Positions 20,101-30,567 of a DNA stretch of 64,000 nucleotides are shown here, piece by piece. The stretch is taken from IMG/VR virus record IMGVR_UViG_3300033183_000491, positions 62,001 through 126,000 of that record, one strand, 5' to 3'. Below the pieces are notes generated by a model. That model searched no databases and was not told the DNA's origin. It saw only the letters and a list, made by a program, of their open reading frames with translations. Numbering within the stretch: position 1 is the stretch's first letter; each line of letters starts with the position of its first letter. Both the position numbers and the translations under genes were made by a program.

Positions 20101-20286
20101 ATCAGACTCAGGAGGATTTTTTAAATAATCAATTATAGATTTGTCATTACAAAAGTTATTTAAAAATCCGTTACTGTAAAAGAATAGATTTTCCCATTTG
20201 TTAGAATAATATCCAGGAAAATGTGTTTCAAAGTTTATTTTAAAAGAATTTTCACTTTGTGAGTATTTGTCTTCTATTGAACTCAT
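17200..20286 (-). CDS. large putative baseplate/virion protein with C-terminal M15-like (LAS) peptidase motifs
   Basis: NHALGYAADI ... GFHIDI; last gene of the baseplate cluster. Confidence 0.55.
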   Translation of the reverse strand: MSSIEDKYSQSENSFKINFETHFPGYYSNKWENLFFYSNGFLNNFCNDKSIIDYLKNPPESDIEIIEKFKSRSYYSFIDEFRYVLNNIKNYETYGRVIFNNEVEDQNFSFAFELSGTNKNLLKHSSFIPQKEIVFKMDPSIKAQITLNNTEDLFLGKDFDTIDFSKTIDQMEGYESLEEIVLETGENDDFTSKFYNYNNKDFYYSYIKNISDVYKDKNDFSRTVGFSVKSLTFNDYNKILSKLREDFTINNTDKAGVDFFNKYSLAFFSVFSSNKNNTYLRQSITSSVGIELYKNDNEILKSTLTNTSFEISNECSIMSYEDIKSILDSYTLDGLSSIDFIKDIYFSSEDNKIYFVFEYTILDDKIAKNQNVFLNNQVISDDEYSNFHLFEPDIYLNTINGEYLLTKEKEKFTKTPEPFSKYYNLKPGDSDFNLFYKIDETYSINVNMIIDKCIFKKNIFSKQKNIFLLHNLYGKKYLSIDYKELGDTLTKRDPNLYFYPEFREDYYSSILYDLKSEYNKNSYDRRSLIEESDTESEEDSSIIRTSSLVFEEDEIIEEDLFKGKSEQVLKISNDKTSSKSINMSKKDKRKLSSLKNTGYVYKDRIKKIKEEIIDKINLVGGGNQDEFIKLNNISEDNPNGKQNPTGSSNIEYGFEYDAWTERRSNIQPKLLKIIDESFKLTQEVYPSLEKVKIISGGSLSINLWYKIAKTFYTFYTEDLGSLTENVEEFGLFLQGNIRNKKNMLKKILKRSHGGDMNHALGYAADIYLVRNIDGEQKNVCLYDPNDDDDFKITQFFIKTCFNLGANNVGAGIDYMAYPKPHRYGITTKNVNTIKSLDENTKKFKGRIVLDERGVPLRPNGKKYNGFHIDIINQSQIYEDFNLLSGEDTSQVSLNEIFKYANPESIKKLEKKLENKTVSLNPSDGIASRVKFKNNLSIKKYKPTSKHVWGNQDTISTADTWLREIINSRANSGIYNVKSIEKETAFKILLEQVKDRYGNENKKSDEGSDELNSDYLEKFKYVEWEDIKK

Positions 20287-20310
20287 GTTTTATCTTTCTA
20301 TCCTATAGAC

Positions 20311-23300
20311 TTAGCTTTTCTGTGCAGCGAGAGTAACGTCGTATTCTTTGAGTTTTTCATAACCCGGATCTATTGTAAGTTTAAATACTTTTTTAACTTT
20401 AGACGAACTTTTTGTTTTAGACAATTTATCTTTAATACTTTTTTCTTCTTCTGCTTCTTTTGAATTTAAAATATCTGTATAGTTTTGTAATTGACCAAAA
20501 TTGTCACCATAAGAAAGAGTTAGTCTTGTTGTAAACTTACCAGGAGATAAATTATGATCTATACCTGTGACAATGTATCTATTATCAATAGTAGTACCTG
20601 TCCCAAAATCTAAAAATATAGATTGTCCAAAGTTTACCCAAGGACATCCAAATATCTCAATACTCGCTTGAGATGGCATAATAACCAATGGAAGACTTGG
20701 ATTAATTCTACTGTTGATTAAGCTTTGATCATTTCTTTCTGGACGAGTCATAAATATTGTTGATAGTTTATTATCGTTTATTGTTGTTACATTTGCATCA
20801 ATCATTATAGAATTTTGCATTCCAAATGTTAAAGAAGGATATATTTCTTTATAAAGATCTTTTATCTCTCCAATAAAATTTTTTCTTCCTCTTAGTTTGT
20901 CTTCATTTATTGAATAAGTTCCATTTTTATTTTTAATAATGTATTCTCTCGATAAAAGAGTTTCTAATTCTTTTTTGTGTTTTACATTAAACTCTTCTAG
21001 ATTTTTTCTTGTATCACCTTCTCTTTTATTGTTTTGATAATCTATTCTATTAGCGATTAAATCACCAAAACTTCCTTTTAGATTGTTTGTATAAATTTTA
21101 TTTAAAATCTCTGAAGACGAACTAAAAGGTGAATCTATTCTGTCAAAAACTGATATTCTTAAAATTGATTTACTATTCTTGTTTGATTCTAAACTATCTG
21201 AAGATAGACAATCAAAATTTATATGAATAATAGGCATTCTAAATTCTGCTTTCGAATCTTCAGATGGTTTATCACCATAATATATTTTTTTTAGAGTTTT
21301 TGACAAGTCAGACTTAAAGCTTTTTTTATCAATTAAACTTTGTTTAGGAGAAACGGGAGATTTATAACTAGTTTTACCCTTTTTTCTTTCATATAAATCT
21401 GACAATCCTAAACTAATGTTGTCTTCAACTTGGACAAGTTTTAAAAGTATTTGTGTAATAAGAGATTCTGGCGTAATAACTGTATTATTAGAAAAAATAT
21501 CTTTTAAGAGTTCACCTAACATTTTCTTATTAATTAAAAATGAAGACAGGTTTTCATTTGCCATTAATGCGGATTTGTCATTTGCTGTGTAAAATATTGT
21601 TTGAATTTCATCAAACCTAGACTCAAATCTACCTTTAGGATTTGCTATGTAGTTTTGAACGATTGAATTTATAATTGATCCTAAACTGATATAATCTTCT
21701 GGGTTTTTTATTTGTGAATAAATCTTGTTACTTGTAGGATAAAAATGATCAATATATTCAACAGATCCCATGACGCTTTCAAGAATTTTTCTTTCATTGA
21801 CAGCTTCTAAATTATCTTGTTTTACAATTTCAGATATAACATTAACTAATTCTTCTGAGTACAGGTATATTTTTTTTAATATCTCTAATATTTCTTCAAA
21901 ATCAATTTTATTATTAATAATTTTTATTTTATAAATATTTAAAGTTGAATCAAAAAATTTTTCATCATAAGTTTCATTAGTTAAAATCTCTATAAGAGTT
22001 TTTATTTGATTTTTCCCCAAATTTTGAATTTGAAATTCAAAAAAATCATCAGAAAAAGGTCCAGTTCTTCCTTGAATGATTGTTATATATTTTGATATAT
22101 TTCTTTTTATTGACGATAAAACTCTAATCCTCGGCGAATTATAAGATATTAAGTAATCTCTTTGATCAGGTGTTAATCTTGAAGTCTCACTAAAAATTCC
22201 TTTAAATTGATTTGTATTTATCGTTATATCTTTATCTAATAGTTGACTTTGCAAACTTCTTATTTTACTTAATAAATTTTCAAATTCCGATTCTGTAATT
22301 CTGTTTCTAACAGATCTTTCAATTTTTTGATTTTTAAACTCGTGAGGACCTTTCATTGCAAGAGACAAGTCAATATTAACTTGACCAGTATTATCCATAG
22401 ATAATGAAGAGTTAACAATCATATATTTTTCTAAGATCTTTGAATTTCCAATAAAATATCCAATAGGATTTTTTACATTTTCTTGATCCGGATTCGACCA
22501 TCCATATTCAACAGCAATTTCAGCACCAAAAGCACCTAACAGGTCTGGTTTTATAAAAGCTTGAACATCGTTCATACGTGATCTATCATGTAAGACTAAA
22601 CTCATTCTAGCAGTCTTATAAGACATTAAACCTTTTGTAGGAGCAGAATTTATATTAAAACTTTTAATTGTCATCAAAGGTTGAGTAGGGTCTATAACAG
22701 TATTTTTCCTGTTTTCGTTTGGATTATTTTGTGAATAACCAACTGGTTCATCAAGATTAACCATCGTTTGTGGTGATGTAAAAATAGACATGTTTGTCTG
22801 AGTAAAACCATTTACTTTGTTACCTGAAAGGTTGTCGTAATTTGAAGTTTTGTTTTTTACGTTTCCAAACAAGAAATTATTAATTGTTGTCGAATTAGAA
22901 GAAACTTTTAATTCTTTACTTTTATCGTTTGACGATATTGAAGGAATAATAAAAGTTGCATTAAAATAAGGATATGATCTGTTTAGTTCGAGAGTAGTTA
23001 ATCCATTAAAGAATGTTGATAATTCTAGACTGTTTTGTGAGCCAACTCTTATACTCGGATTGCTAATTAATATTGAAGAAACAGAAGTATTTTCTTTCGT
23101 AGGATTTGATACTTTTTTATTTAAATTATACTCTTTAAAAGTTGTTTTTAAAGAATTAAAGTTTGTCTTCGTGTTTTTGCTCGTTGAAACTCCTGCAAAA
23201 GACGAAAGGGATTTTATATCTCTTTTAAAAGGAGGATAACTGCCTATAATTTTTGATCCCGTAGATCCTATAACAAGACCCATATTAAAATGGTCTTTTG

Positions 23301-23736
23301 AGTCATGACCAAATAAAATGTTTTTTAATACTTTTTGATTTTTAGAACTACTAGTCCAAAGTTTATTTTTAGTATAGTCTGTATGGACAAAACAAAAAGA
23401 TCTTTTAAGAAACTCTATAATTTCATTTTTTTGTTCATCACTGAATATTTGACTGTCACCCGTTCCTGCATTAATTACATTACACATAAATTCTAAGATT
23501 TCATACGTTGTGTAACCAATATTTGTTAACGACTGAAAAATGTAAGAAATTAAGTCATAAAACTCTTCTTTTGATTTAATAGAGTCTGATTCTTCTCCTA
23601 AAACAATTCCTTTTTTTAAAACTTCAGAAGATTTAACTATTTGTATAAAGTTTTCAATATTGCTTCTTTTTAATACAGAGTGTATTTTTCCATATGAGTT
23701 CTCTGATTTAATATTAGAATATACTCTTCCACTCAT
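20311..23736 (-). CDS. baseplate hub-like protein (gp27/late control D type)
   Basis: VEYGWS and C-terminal SIEIFGCP...GQ.IF....IDNRYIVTGIDHNLSPGKFTTRL; synteny. Confidence 0.65.
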   Translation of the reverse strand: MSGRVYSNIKSENSYGKIHSVLKRSNIENFIQIVKSSEVLKKGIVLGEESDSIKSKEEFYDLISYIFQSLTNIGYTTYEILEFMCNVINAGTGDSQIFSDEQKNEIIEFLKRSFCFVHTDYTKNKLWTSSSKNQKVLKNILFGHDSKDHFNMGLVIGSTGSKIIGSYPPFKRDIKSLSSFAGVSTSKNTKTNFNSLKTTFKEYNLNKKVSNPTKENTSVSSILISNPSIRVGSQNSLELSTFFNGLTTLELNRSYPYFNATFIIPSISSNDKSKELKVSSNSTTINNFLFGNVKNKTSNYDNLSGNKVNGFTQTNMSIFTSPQTMVNLDEPVGYSQNNPNENRKNTVIDPTQPLMTIKSFNINSAPTKGLMSYKTARMSLVLHDRSRMNDVQAFIKPDLLGAFGAEIAVEYGWSNPDQENVKNPIGYFIGNSKILEKYMIVNSSLSMDNTGQVNIDLSLAMKGPHEFKNQKIERSVRNRITESEFENLLSKIRSLQSQLLDKDITINTNQFKGIFSETSRLTPDQRDYLISYNSPRIRVLSSIKRNISKYITIIQGRTGPFSDDFFEFQIQNLGKNQIKTLIEILTNETYDEKFFDSTLNIYKIKIINNKIDFEEILEILKKIYLYSEELVNVISEIVKQDNLEAVNERKILESVMGSVEYIDHFYPTSNKIYSQIKNPEDYISLGSIINSIVQNYIANPKGRFESRFDEIQTIFYTANDKSALMANENLSSFLINKKMLGELLKDIFSNNTVITPESLITQILLKLVQVEDNISLGLSDLYERKKGKTSYKSPVSPKQSLIDKKSFKSDLSKTLKKIYYGDKPSEDSKAEFRMPIIHINFDCLSSDSLESNKNSKSILRISVFDRIDSPFSSSSEILNKIYTNNLKGSFGDLIANRIDYQNNKREGDTRKNLEEFNVKHKKELETLLSREYIIKNKNGTYSINEDKLRGRKNFIGEIKDLYKEIYPSLTFGMQNSIMIDANVTTINDNKLSTIFMTRPERNDQSLINSRINPSLPLVIMPSQASIEIFGCPWVNFGQSIFLDFGTGTTIDNRYIVTGIDHNLSPGKFTTRLTLSYGDNFGQLQNYTDILNSKEAEEEKSIKDKLSKTKSSSKVKKVFKLTIDPGYEKLKEYDVTLAAQKS

Positions 23737-24020
23737 TACGATATCTCTTTTTTAAGATTAATAATTTCGTTTAAACTAATAGGGATTCTTAAAACAACAC
23801 CTTCAGGAACTTGAAGCCACCACCCTATTCCACTTGCTGCTGCGATAATCCACCAATTATTTGCATCACCATAATACTCGTTTGCATAATGATCTAACCT
23901 TTTACCTTCTTCAGATATTACAAGCTCATACTGGATTAAATCATTTTCTACAGCTTTGTAAACATGAGGTGATATATTAATAAATTTTCCTCTAACTAAT
24001 TTGTATTTATCAATAGCCAT
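23736..24020 (-). CDS. LysM-type baseplate wedge protein (gp53/X-like)
   Basis: RLDHYANEYYGDANNWWIIAAAS....G..LRIP. Confidence 0.85.
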   Translation of the reverse strand: MAIDKYKLVRGKFINISPHVYKAVENDLIQYELVISEEGKRLDHYANEYYGDANNWWIIAAASGIGWWLQVPEGVVLRIPISLNEIINLKKEIS

Positions 24021-26869
24021 TATTTATTACCAGTCAATCCGTCTCTTCCATAAGACAAAGTATTATTAATTGATCCTACATCATAAATTGGAGCTCTCAT
24101 AATTCCTTCATGGTCAAGACCTGGAGCAATATCGTGTATTGGAGAGAATCCTAGAGTTATTTTTACTGAATGTGGCGCAAGAGATCCTCTATTATCTCCT
24201 TCAGTAGAGTTGTTTGTCTCCCATGTCGAATCTTGAAATTCAACATTTAAATTTGTTATAAATCCTGCGAGACCTTGTCCGTAAGATGAACTAAATGATG
24301 CTGAATATGGATTGTTTATTGAAGAATCGTCACCTATTACGGTCGACAGAACTACACTATCGTCTATTGAATCATAGAATTCTTTCTTTAATAAACTTTC
24401 TTTGTTTCTCATTCTTTCAATTTTATCTGAAATTTCTACTGCTTTTTTTGGAATCGCAATAATTTCCGATCTTTCATCTTGGTCTATACTTAAAGATGTT
24501 TTAATTAGTAAAAAAATAAAGTTTTTATCTAATTCAAAAAGACGTAAATCTTGTGAAAATGAAGGCTCTCTTGTAAACTCTCCTGTCAAAACAAATTTTT
24601 TATCATTATCTTTTACAAAACCTCCTGGATCAACTTTCCCAGATACAACTTGACTTATTAAAATCTTTTTTATAAAAATTGTCTCTATTGTTGGATCAAA
24701 GTTATTAATATTTTTTTCTAGATTAGTAAAAATTAAATTTCCTTCTTCGAGATTTATTTCTTTACCTTCTAAAGATTTGTTTTTATATATTCTTACACCA
24801 TTACTGGATTTAACACCATTTTTTTCAACCTTGAAATCCATTAAAAACTTTAATCTTTCAACATCTTCAGGGTCTTCTTCAAAGTTATTACTTGTAATTA
24901 AGTCAATTGAATCATTAATATAAGTTAAGTCTCTAACTGAGTCTTCACTTAATACGTAATATTCATCTAGCGAAGAAACCTTATAAGATAAAATCTTGTC
25001 ATTTAAAGTAACAGTATTTTCTATTTCTTTAATAGAATCTAAAGTAGATTTTTTATATTTTTTATTTCCGTGGAGTCTTTTTAAGTTATTAAAGCTATAA
25101 TTTGTTTTAAAAACATCACCAACTCTAAGTCTTATAAGAGGAGAAGATGTTGGCATTTGTGTAAATGGAAATCTAAAGTCTTTGTCAAATTTTTTATTGT
25201 TAGAAGGTATACCTTGAGACCACTGTGGGTAAACCATTGAAACTATTTTGTTAATTTGATACCACATTAAATCGTGGTCTGATTTTTCCATAGAAACTAA
25301 AGAGAAAGTTAAATTAATATTTCTTGTTGTTTTAATATAATGTTTAACATCATCAATTCTTCCGTATCCGGATGAACTACTATATTCTGGTGAAAAAGAA
25401 TCTGAAATAGAGTCTAAAAACGCGTGCATAGAAATAATTTCATTTGTTCTTAAATCATGAAAATAAAAAGGCATATATTCATTACCTAAATATTGTTCTA
25501 CTTTTCTTACTAAGTCTCTTGGAAGTCTCTTAGAACTTTTTCCGTGCAAGTCAGAAGCAAAATTCTTTTGTTGTTTTATAGAAGATTTACTAAGTCTGTA
25601 TTTTAAATACTCATCAGACTTAAGTAATTGTGGAAGACTCCCGATAGAAGTTTTAAAAGTAGTATCTTTAATAACATCGTTTTCTCTCCACCTATATTCA
25701 TGATCGTCATTTGGCCCATTAGACAAACCACCTCGATTAACACTATTTCTTTTTTCAAGATCTGATTTATCCCTTTCAGGGTTAATATTACCTAACCTTG
25801 AAGCGTTAAACATTCTTGATCTTTGATCTTTATAGCTTAAATTATACATCCTGTCTTTATTAAAAATCAAATAACCAATATTAATTCTTTCAACGATGAA
25901 TTTAAAGTAATATTGGCTAAATTCTATAAAAAATTTATCAAGAAAATTTTCAGATTCATTTTCTTTTGCATTGTATAAAATTTCTGAATGCCAGTAAGAT
26001 TCTTGTTGAAATTTCCTTATTAATAAAAAAACTCGATTACGTCCTACTTTTGAAAAACCAAGTAATGAATTTTTAAGATAGGTATATATAACGTCAATTG
26101 ACCCAGAAAAACTAGATAGATTTCCTTCATAAGAACTAGTTAAACTAGGAAATTTTGGGTCCGTGTTTATAAATTTGTCTAATCCAATAATAAAATAGTT
26201 AACAAGTCTTGAGAATTCATTTTCTCTTAAAACATTATCGTTCATGTTAATAATTTTACTGAAATAGTAATGTATTGGTTTAAACAAAGATGGTTTAATA
26301 TTTTTACTGAACCAGAAGTCTTTATTTAAGATATGATAAACACCTAAATAAATAATTGATTCAACAATATAATCAAATAAAAACAAAATATTTGTAAGAT
26401 CAACACCTTTTGGAGAAAGGATAATTCCTAAAGAGTTTAGTTCAACACCAGCAATCATTTCAAGTTCTTCAGCATAGATTGATTTTTGATTATCATTTTC
26501 TAAAAATACTGAATTGTATTGTCCATAATATTTGATTGGTTTATTTGGGTCATGCCCAAAAGAAGGATTAACTAAAATGTTTGTTTGTCCTTCTGCATTT
26601 GTTTTTTCTGGAAAAAGATTTCCTTCTTTAATATTAGCTTTTTCTTCTCCAAGAACGTTACTTTTACTAGTATCTCTTCCTGTAGCTAAAGATATTGCGC
26701 CAGTAGGTAGTCTTGGTCTAGCATAGAGTTTGTTTCTTAAATTGTCAAAAGAATCATAGTTTTGAAGTATTTGTTGGGACACATTACTTGCATCTAATTT
26801 ACTTTCTCCACCATCAGATATATCTTTATCTATGATTTTTCCGCTTGGGTCCAACACATACTTTGGCAT
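24020..26869 (-). CDS. baseplate / tail-tube initiator-like protein with large insertions
   Basis: AFLDSISDSFSPEY....YGR.D...Y..T.R.I.LTF, P..RLRVGD, GFITNL; follows tape measure. Confidence 0.65.
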   Translation of the reverse strand: MPKYVLDPSGKIIDKDISDGGESKLDASNVSQQILQNYDSFDNLRNKLYARPRLPTGAISLATGRDTSKSNVLGEEKANIKEGNLFPEKTNAEGQTNILVNPSFGHDPNKPIKYYGQYNSVFLENDNQKSIYAEELEMIAGVELNSLGIILSPKGVDLTNILFLFDYIVESIIYLGVYHILNKDFWFSKNIKPSLFKPIHYYFSKIINMNDNVLRENEFSRLVNYFIIGLDKFINTDPKFPSLTSSYEGNLSSFSGSIDVIYTYLKNSLLGFSKVGRNRVFLLIRKFQQESYWHSEILYNAKENESENFLDKFFIEFSQYYFKFIVERINIGYLIFNKDRMYNLSYKDQRSRMFNASRLGNINPERDKSDLEKRNSVNRGGLSNGPNDDHEYRWRENDVIKDTTFKTSIGSLPQLLKSDEYLKYRLSKSSIKQQKNFASDLHGKSSKRLPRDLVRKVEQYLGNEYMPFYFHDLRTNEIISMHAFLDSISDSFSPEYSSSSGYGRIDDVKHYIKTTRNINLTFSLVSMEKSDHDLMWYQINKIVSMVYPQWSQGIPSNNKKFDKDFRFPFTQMPTSSPLIRLRVGDVFKTNYSFNNLKRLHGNKKYKKSTLDSIKEIENTVTLNDKILSYKVSSLDEYYVLSEDSVRDLTYINDSIDLITSNNFEEDPEDVERLKFLMDFKVEKNGVKSSNGVRIYKNKSLEGKEINLEEGNLIFTNLEKNINNFDPTIETIFIKKILISQVVSGKVDPGGFVKDNDKKFVLTGEFTREPSFSQDLRLFELDKNFIFLLIKTSLSIDQDERSEIIAIPKKAVEISDKIERMRNKESLLKKEFYDSIDDSVVLSTVIGDDSSINNPYSASFSSSYGQGLAGFITNLNVEFQDSTWETNNSTEGDNRGSLAPHSVKITLGFSPIHDIAPGLDHEGIMRAPIYDVGSINNTLSYGRDGLTGNK

Positions 26870-26874
26870 GACGT

Positions 26875-27141
26875 TTATCCTTTAATAATAGGCTTATCTT
26901 TTAAATATTCATCCAAGTCAACGTCTTTTGAGCTTTTTATGTTTTTGACGTTTTCTTCTGTTACACCTTTTTCAAATTTATTATGTATTGTATCAATATG
27001 TCTATTAAACTTTGCAGACACAATTTCTGATGCTTTCTTTTTATCTATTTCTAAGACTTGAGAATATACTTCAGACATCATCTCTTTAATTTGATCTAGT
27101 TCTTTTAAGTTTAACAATTCTTTTTTAAAATCAATATTCAT
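26875..27141 (-). CDS. hypothetical protein
   Basis: 88-aa ORF filling the gap in the tail operon. Confidence 0.7.
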   Translation of the reverse strand: MNIDFKKELLNLKELDQIKEMMSEVYSQVLEIDKKKASEIVSAKFNRHIDTIHNKFEKGVTEENVKNIKSSKDVDLDEYLKDKPIIKG

Positions 27142-27147
27142 TTATTT

Positions 27148-30100
27148 TTATATTCCTGCGAATTCTGTTGATCCACCCATTGGGTTTCTCGTTGCATTAT
27201 CATTTAATCCTTCTTGTCCTTTTAATAATGAAGGATTCTTTAAAGCCTTTGTTAATCCAGCACCCGGTAAATAAGGAACCATTATTGTTGCAATCGTTTG
27301 ACCGTCTATATTTAGTACTAAAGGTCTTTCACTAACTTGTTGATTCTGCTGAACTGTACTTGAAGATTTTCTTTCTGAAGGTTGCATTATTGACCTTGCC
27401 AACATTGATGCAACATTACCAGAATACCTAATTGCCTCAACAACAGGTCCTCCTCCCATTCCCGCAAGAATTTGATCATTGTCTGCTAAATTTGTCACAG
27501 ACATTCCCGATGGTCCGCTTTGAACAACAGATTGTCCTCCAAATAAATCTCCAAACCAATCTTTCGCTGAACTTTGTCTAATAATAATTGAGTTTTCTTC
27601 TAGTTTGTTAAATAGATTATTTAATTTAGTATCGTAACTATTTAACATCTCATTAACATAAGATTCTGACGCGTCGTATAATAATTTTAATAACTCATCT
27701 TTTTTTTCGTTATCTTTGACTTGATTTCTAATTATAGCTTCTAAAGTTCCAATAGCACCCGCCTGCTCAGAGTCATATCCTTTTCTTAACTTTTCTTCTA
27801 GATTCATAGCACGGGCATCTTTATCTGTAAATTCAAATCTTTTTGCTATATTGTAATCTCTAACAGTTGATTTTTTTAAAGAATTAGTAGCTATCCCTAC
27901 AGTTGAAGATAAGACTGATCCTAGCCATGTGCTTTCTATCGCTTTTGAGGCTGCCTCAAAAGCGATATCAACAATAGTTGTTGTCATATCATAAATAAAT
28001 TTAAAAATTGGTTTTCCTAACTGGAAAAATGAAGGGATAACTTTTGTAGTTACTGTATTTAATACTTTTTGTATTGATAATTCTAATGCTTCTGCTTCTT
28101 TATCGTCCAAAGAAAATATAGTCTTAAAGTTTTCACTAAGATTTGTAAATTTTGTATTACCATCAATAAAATCTACTAAAGTCTCAAATCCTGATGCTAA
28201 TGTATCAACAATCCCGGGACCAATTGCTGCGAATCCTTTCATAAATTGCCCGACAAGTTTTGTTCCCGTTAAGAATAAAGTAGAACCAGGATTATTTGGA
28301 TTGTTTTTTATATTATTAAAATCAAAAGTCTTTTTTAACAATAAAGAAAAGTTATTTTGTGCTTTTAATAAATTACTATTATCTTTAAAAGATTCGCCCA
28401 AAATCTTAGCAAGGTTATCCATGAAAGGTTTAACTGTTTTTGTTAATATATTTTTATTAAAAAGACCTTTTTTGCTAGACGTTCCATCACCAATAAGCTT
28501 TGTTAATGTGTCTTCAATTGGTTTAAATGCAGACTTAAAAGACGACATCATTTTATTATCTTTACCAAAGCCGATTGCTGTTAAATAAAAATCTTCCATT
28601 GTTTTGGAAACTTCAATAAATTTATCTCCAATACCTGAAGCTAGGACGATCGAAGTCCTTAAGCCTTTAAAGAAAGATTCAAAGAAAGAAGTTTCTTGCA
28701 TAATATTCTTTATTTCTTGTAAAGATCCTGACATTTCTTTGAATGCTTTAAGTTGTTTTGCTTCTGGCGTATTTTCCTGCATCTTTTTCATTGCAGCTTC
28801 ATAAGACATACCAGCATCTCTGAAATCAAACAAAGACTTGAGAGCCATTTGAGAAAGTCCTGTTGTTGAAGCAATTAAAGATTTTTCGTGACGATTTAGT
28901 TGTTCAAAGGATCTCCCTGTTGACATCATCGCGTTTCTTAAATCTTCAAAAATCTCTTGAGGATTTTCAGCTCGAATTAATTTAAGAGCATCAAGATTCA
29001 TTCCAAAAGATTGCGACAACATCGCAGCCATTTGAGCAGCAGATTCAAACGTATCTAACTTTGAAAACATACCTGCGGCATCTTGTGCTGATAATCCCAT
29101 CTTAGTCAAAGATTCAGACGTTTCTAATAATTCTTTCGAAGATAAATGTCCAAAATCTTGAATATTTCTTCTCATTACTAAGAAATTTCTTGATATAATT
29201 TTTTGGTTTACCCCAGATGTCTTTGAAACATCATTAAGTTCCATCTGCATCTTTAATAAAACTGTATTTATGTGTTGTCCACTCTTTACAGCTTCTTGAG
29301 AAAAATATGCAACATCTTCAGCGCTTGCACCAATTGCTCTTAAACTTTTTTCTAAGAAATTAAATTGACTTGCGTTTCCTCCTACTATCTTCGATAAACT
29401 TTTACCAAAGATATCAGCATAAACTCCCATTTCGCTTAATCTTTTTGCTAATGCTTGTAATCTATTAGCAACACCTTGAGCGCCTTTTCCAAATAAAATA
29501 ACGCTTTCACTTGTTATATCTCTAAATTCTAATAAACTACTTTTAGATGCTTCAGCAAAACTTTTAATTGCACTACCTGCACCACTACCATATTTCTCTG
29601 AAATATCGAACATTTCTTTTGTAGCTTCAACAGCAGTCCCAATTGTCATCACCAAGTCTTGTCTTAAAGAATTCCCCATCTTTGCAGCTAATCCTGCAAT
29701 CTTTAAAGGTAATGTCGACATGAACTTTACAAAGCGAGTAGCATACTTCATTGATTGAGTAAAAAGAGAAATAAAACCACCTAAAACTAGTTTTGTACCA
29801 AGTATAAAAGGATTTTGAAATAAACTCGTAAAAGATCTATTTACTTTGTTAAAAACATTAAAAGCCATCTTTGGAATAGAAAACAATCCTCCTAATATTC
29901 CTTTTGTCCAAGCTATTTCGTCTTTAAATTCATTAGAGATTTGATACCCTAATTTTTTAAAGGACATCGATGTTTTTAAAAGAAATGTATTAAGTTTACC
30001 AAGAGAATCTTTATTCTCATTTATTTTTTTATTTAAAACACTAAAAGCTTCTTCAATATTTTTACTATTCTTTTTATATAAATTTTCTGATTCTTCAATA

Positions 30101-30279
30101 GATTTTGTAAATTCTTTGTACTTGTCTTTAAGTTTATCTGTTAAACTTATTCTGACTTTGAAAGATTCTATAAATTTTTCTTGGATATCTTTTTGTAATT
30201 GACTCTCTTCATTTAGTTCACTTGTAGCTTTTTTAAGAGCATTAATCATTTCTAATTGGATTTGAGCAGAATCTGACAT
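27148..30279 (-). CDS. tape measure protein
   Basis: 1043 aa helical Ala/Leu/Met-rich, FDTFE.AA-like repeat region, C-terminal LNIDG; follows tail chaperones. Confidence 0.82.
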   Translation of the reverse strand: MSDSAQIQLEMINALKKATSELNEESQLQKDIQEKFIESFKVRISLTDKLKDKYKEFTKSIEESENLYKKNSKNIEEAFSVLNKKINENKDSLGKLNTFLLKTSMSFKKLGYQISNEFKDEIAWTKGILGGLFSIPKMAFNVFNKVNRSFTSLFQNPFILGTKLVLGGFISLFTQSMKYATRFVKFMSTLPLKIAGLAAKMGNSLRQDLVMTIGTAVEATKEMFDISEKYGSGAGSAIKSFAEASKSSLLEFRDITSESVILFGKGAQGVANRLQALAKRLSEMGVYADIFGKSLSKIVGGNASQFNFLEKSLRAIGASAEDVAYFSQEAVKSGQHINTVLLKMQMELNDVSKTSGVNQKIISRNFLVMRRNIQDFGHLSSKELLETSESLTKMGLSAQDAAGMFSKLDTFESAAQMAAMLSQSFGMNLDALKLIRAENPQEIFEDLRNAMMSTGRSFEQLNRHEKSLIASTTGLSQMALKSLFDFRDAGMSYEAAMKKMQENTPEAKQLKAFKEMSGSLQEIKNIMQETSFFESFFKGLRTSIVLASGIGDKFIEVSKTMEDFYLTAIGFGKDNKMMSSFKSAFKPIEDTLTKLIGDGTSSKKGLFNKNILTKTVKPFMDNLAKILGESFKDNSNLLKAQNNFSLLLKKTFDFNNIKNNPNNPGSTLFLTGTKLVGQFMKGFAAIGPGIVDTLASGFETLVDFIDGNTKFTNLSENFKTIFSLDDKEAEALELSIQKVLNTVTTKVIPSFFQLGKPIFKFIYDMTTTIVDIAFEAASKAIESTWLGSVLSSTVGIATNSLKKSTVRDYNIAKRFEFTDKDARAMNLEEKLRKGYDSEQAGAIGTLEAIIRNQVKDNEKKDELLKLLYDASESYVNEMLNSYDTKLNNLFNKLEENSIIIRQSSAKDWFGDLFGGQSVVQSGPSGMSVTNLADNDQILAGMGGGPVVEAIRYSGNVASMLARSIMQPSERKSSSTVQQNQQVSERPLVLNIDGQTIATIMVPYLPGAGLTKALKNPSLLKGQEGLNDNATRNPMGGSTEFAGI

Positions 30280-30338
30280 ATCTAAGTACTCACTTTAAAG
30301 GTATGATATAAATATTATCAAAAGAAAAACATAAAGAT

Positions 30339-30567
30339 TTAAAATTGTTTTTTAAATATATTTCTTGTGTTGTTTTGGCTTGGAGTACTTTGATTATTAT
30401 AATGATTTTGTTCTTGTTCTAATGTTTCTTTAAGTTTTCCTATAAACCAAGTTCTTTTCCATATTGGAAGGTTATAAGCATCTTTATAGCTGAAATTTAT
30501 GTGTTTCATAAGAACAAATAATTGTTCAAGAATGACGTCTTTGTTTTCAGGAGTCAGGCCAAAAAAA
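30339..30567 (-). CDS. tail assembly chaperone C-terminal segment (gp51/GT-like), probably reached by frameshift
   Basis: FFGLT...LEQLFVLMKH..FSY.DAYNLPIWKRTWF; overlaps the end of the upstream gene at a T7 run. Confidence 0.7.
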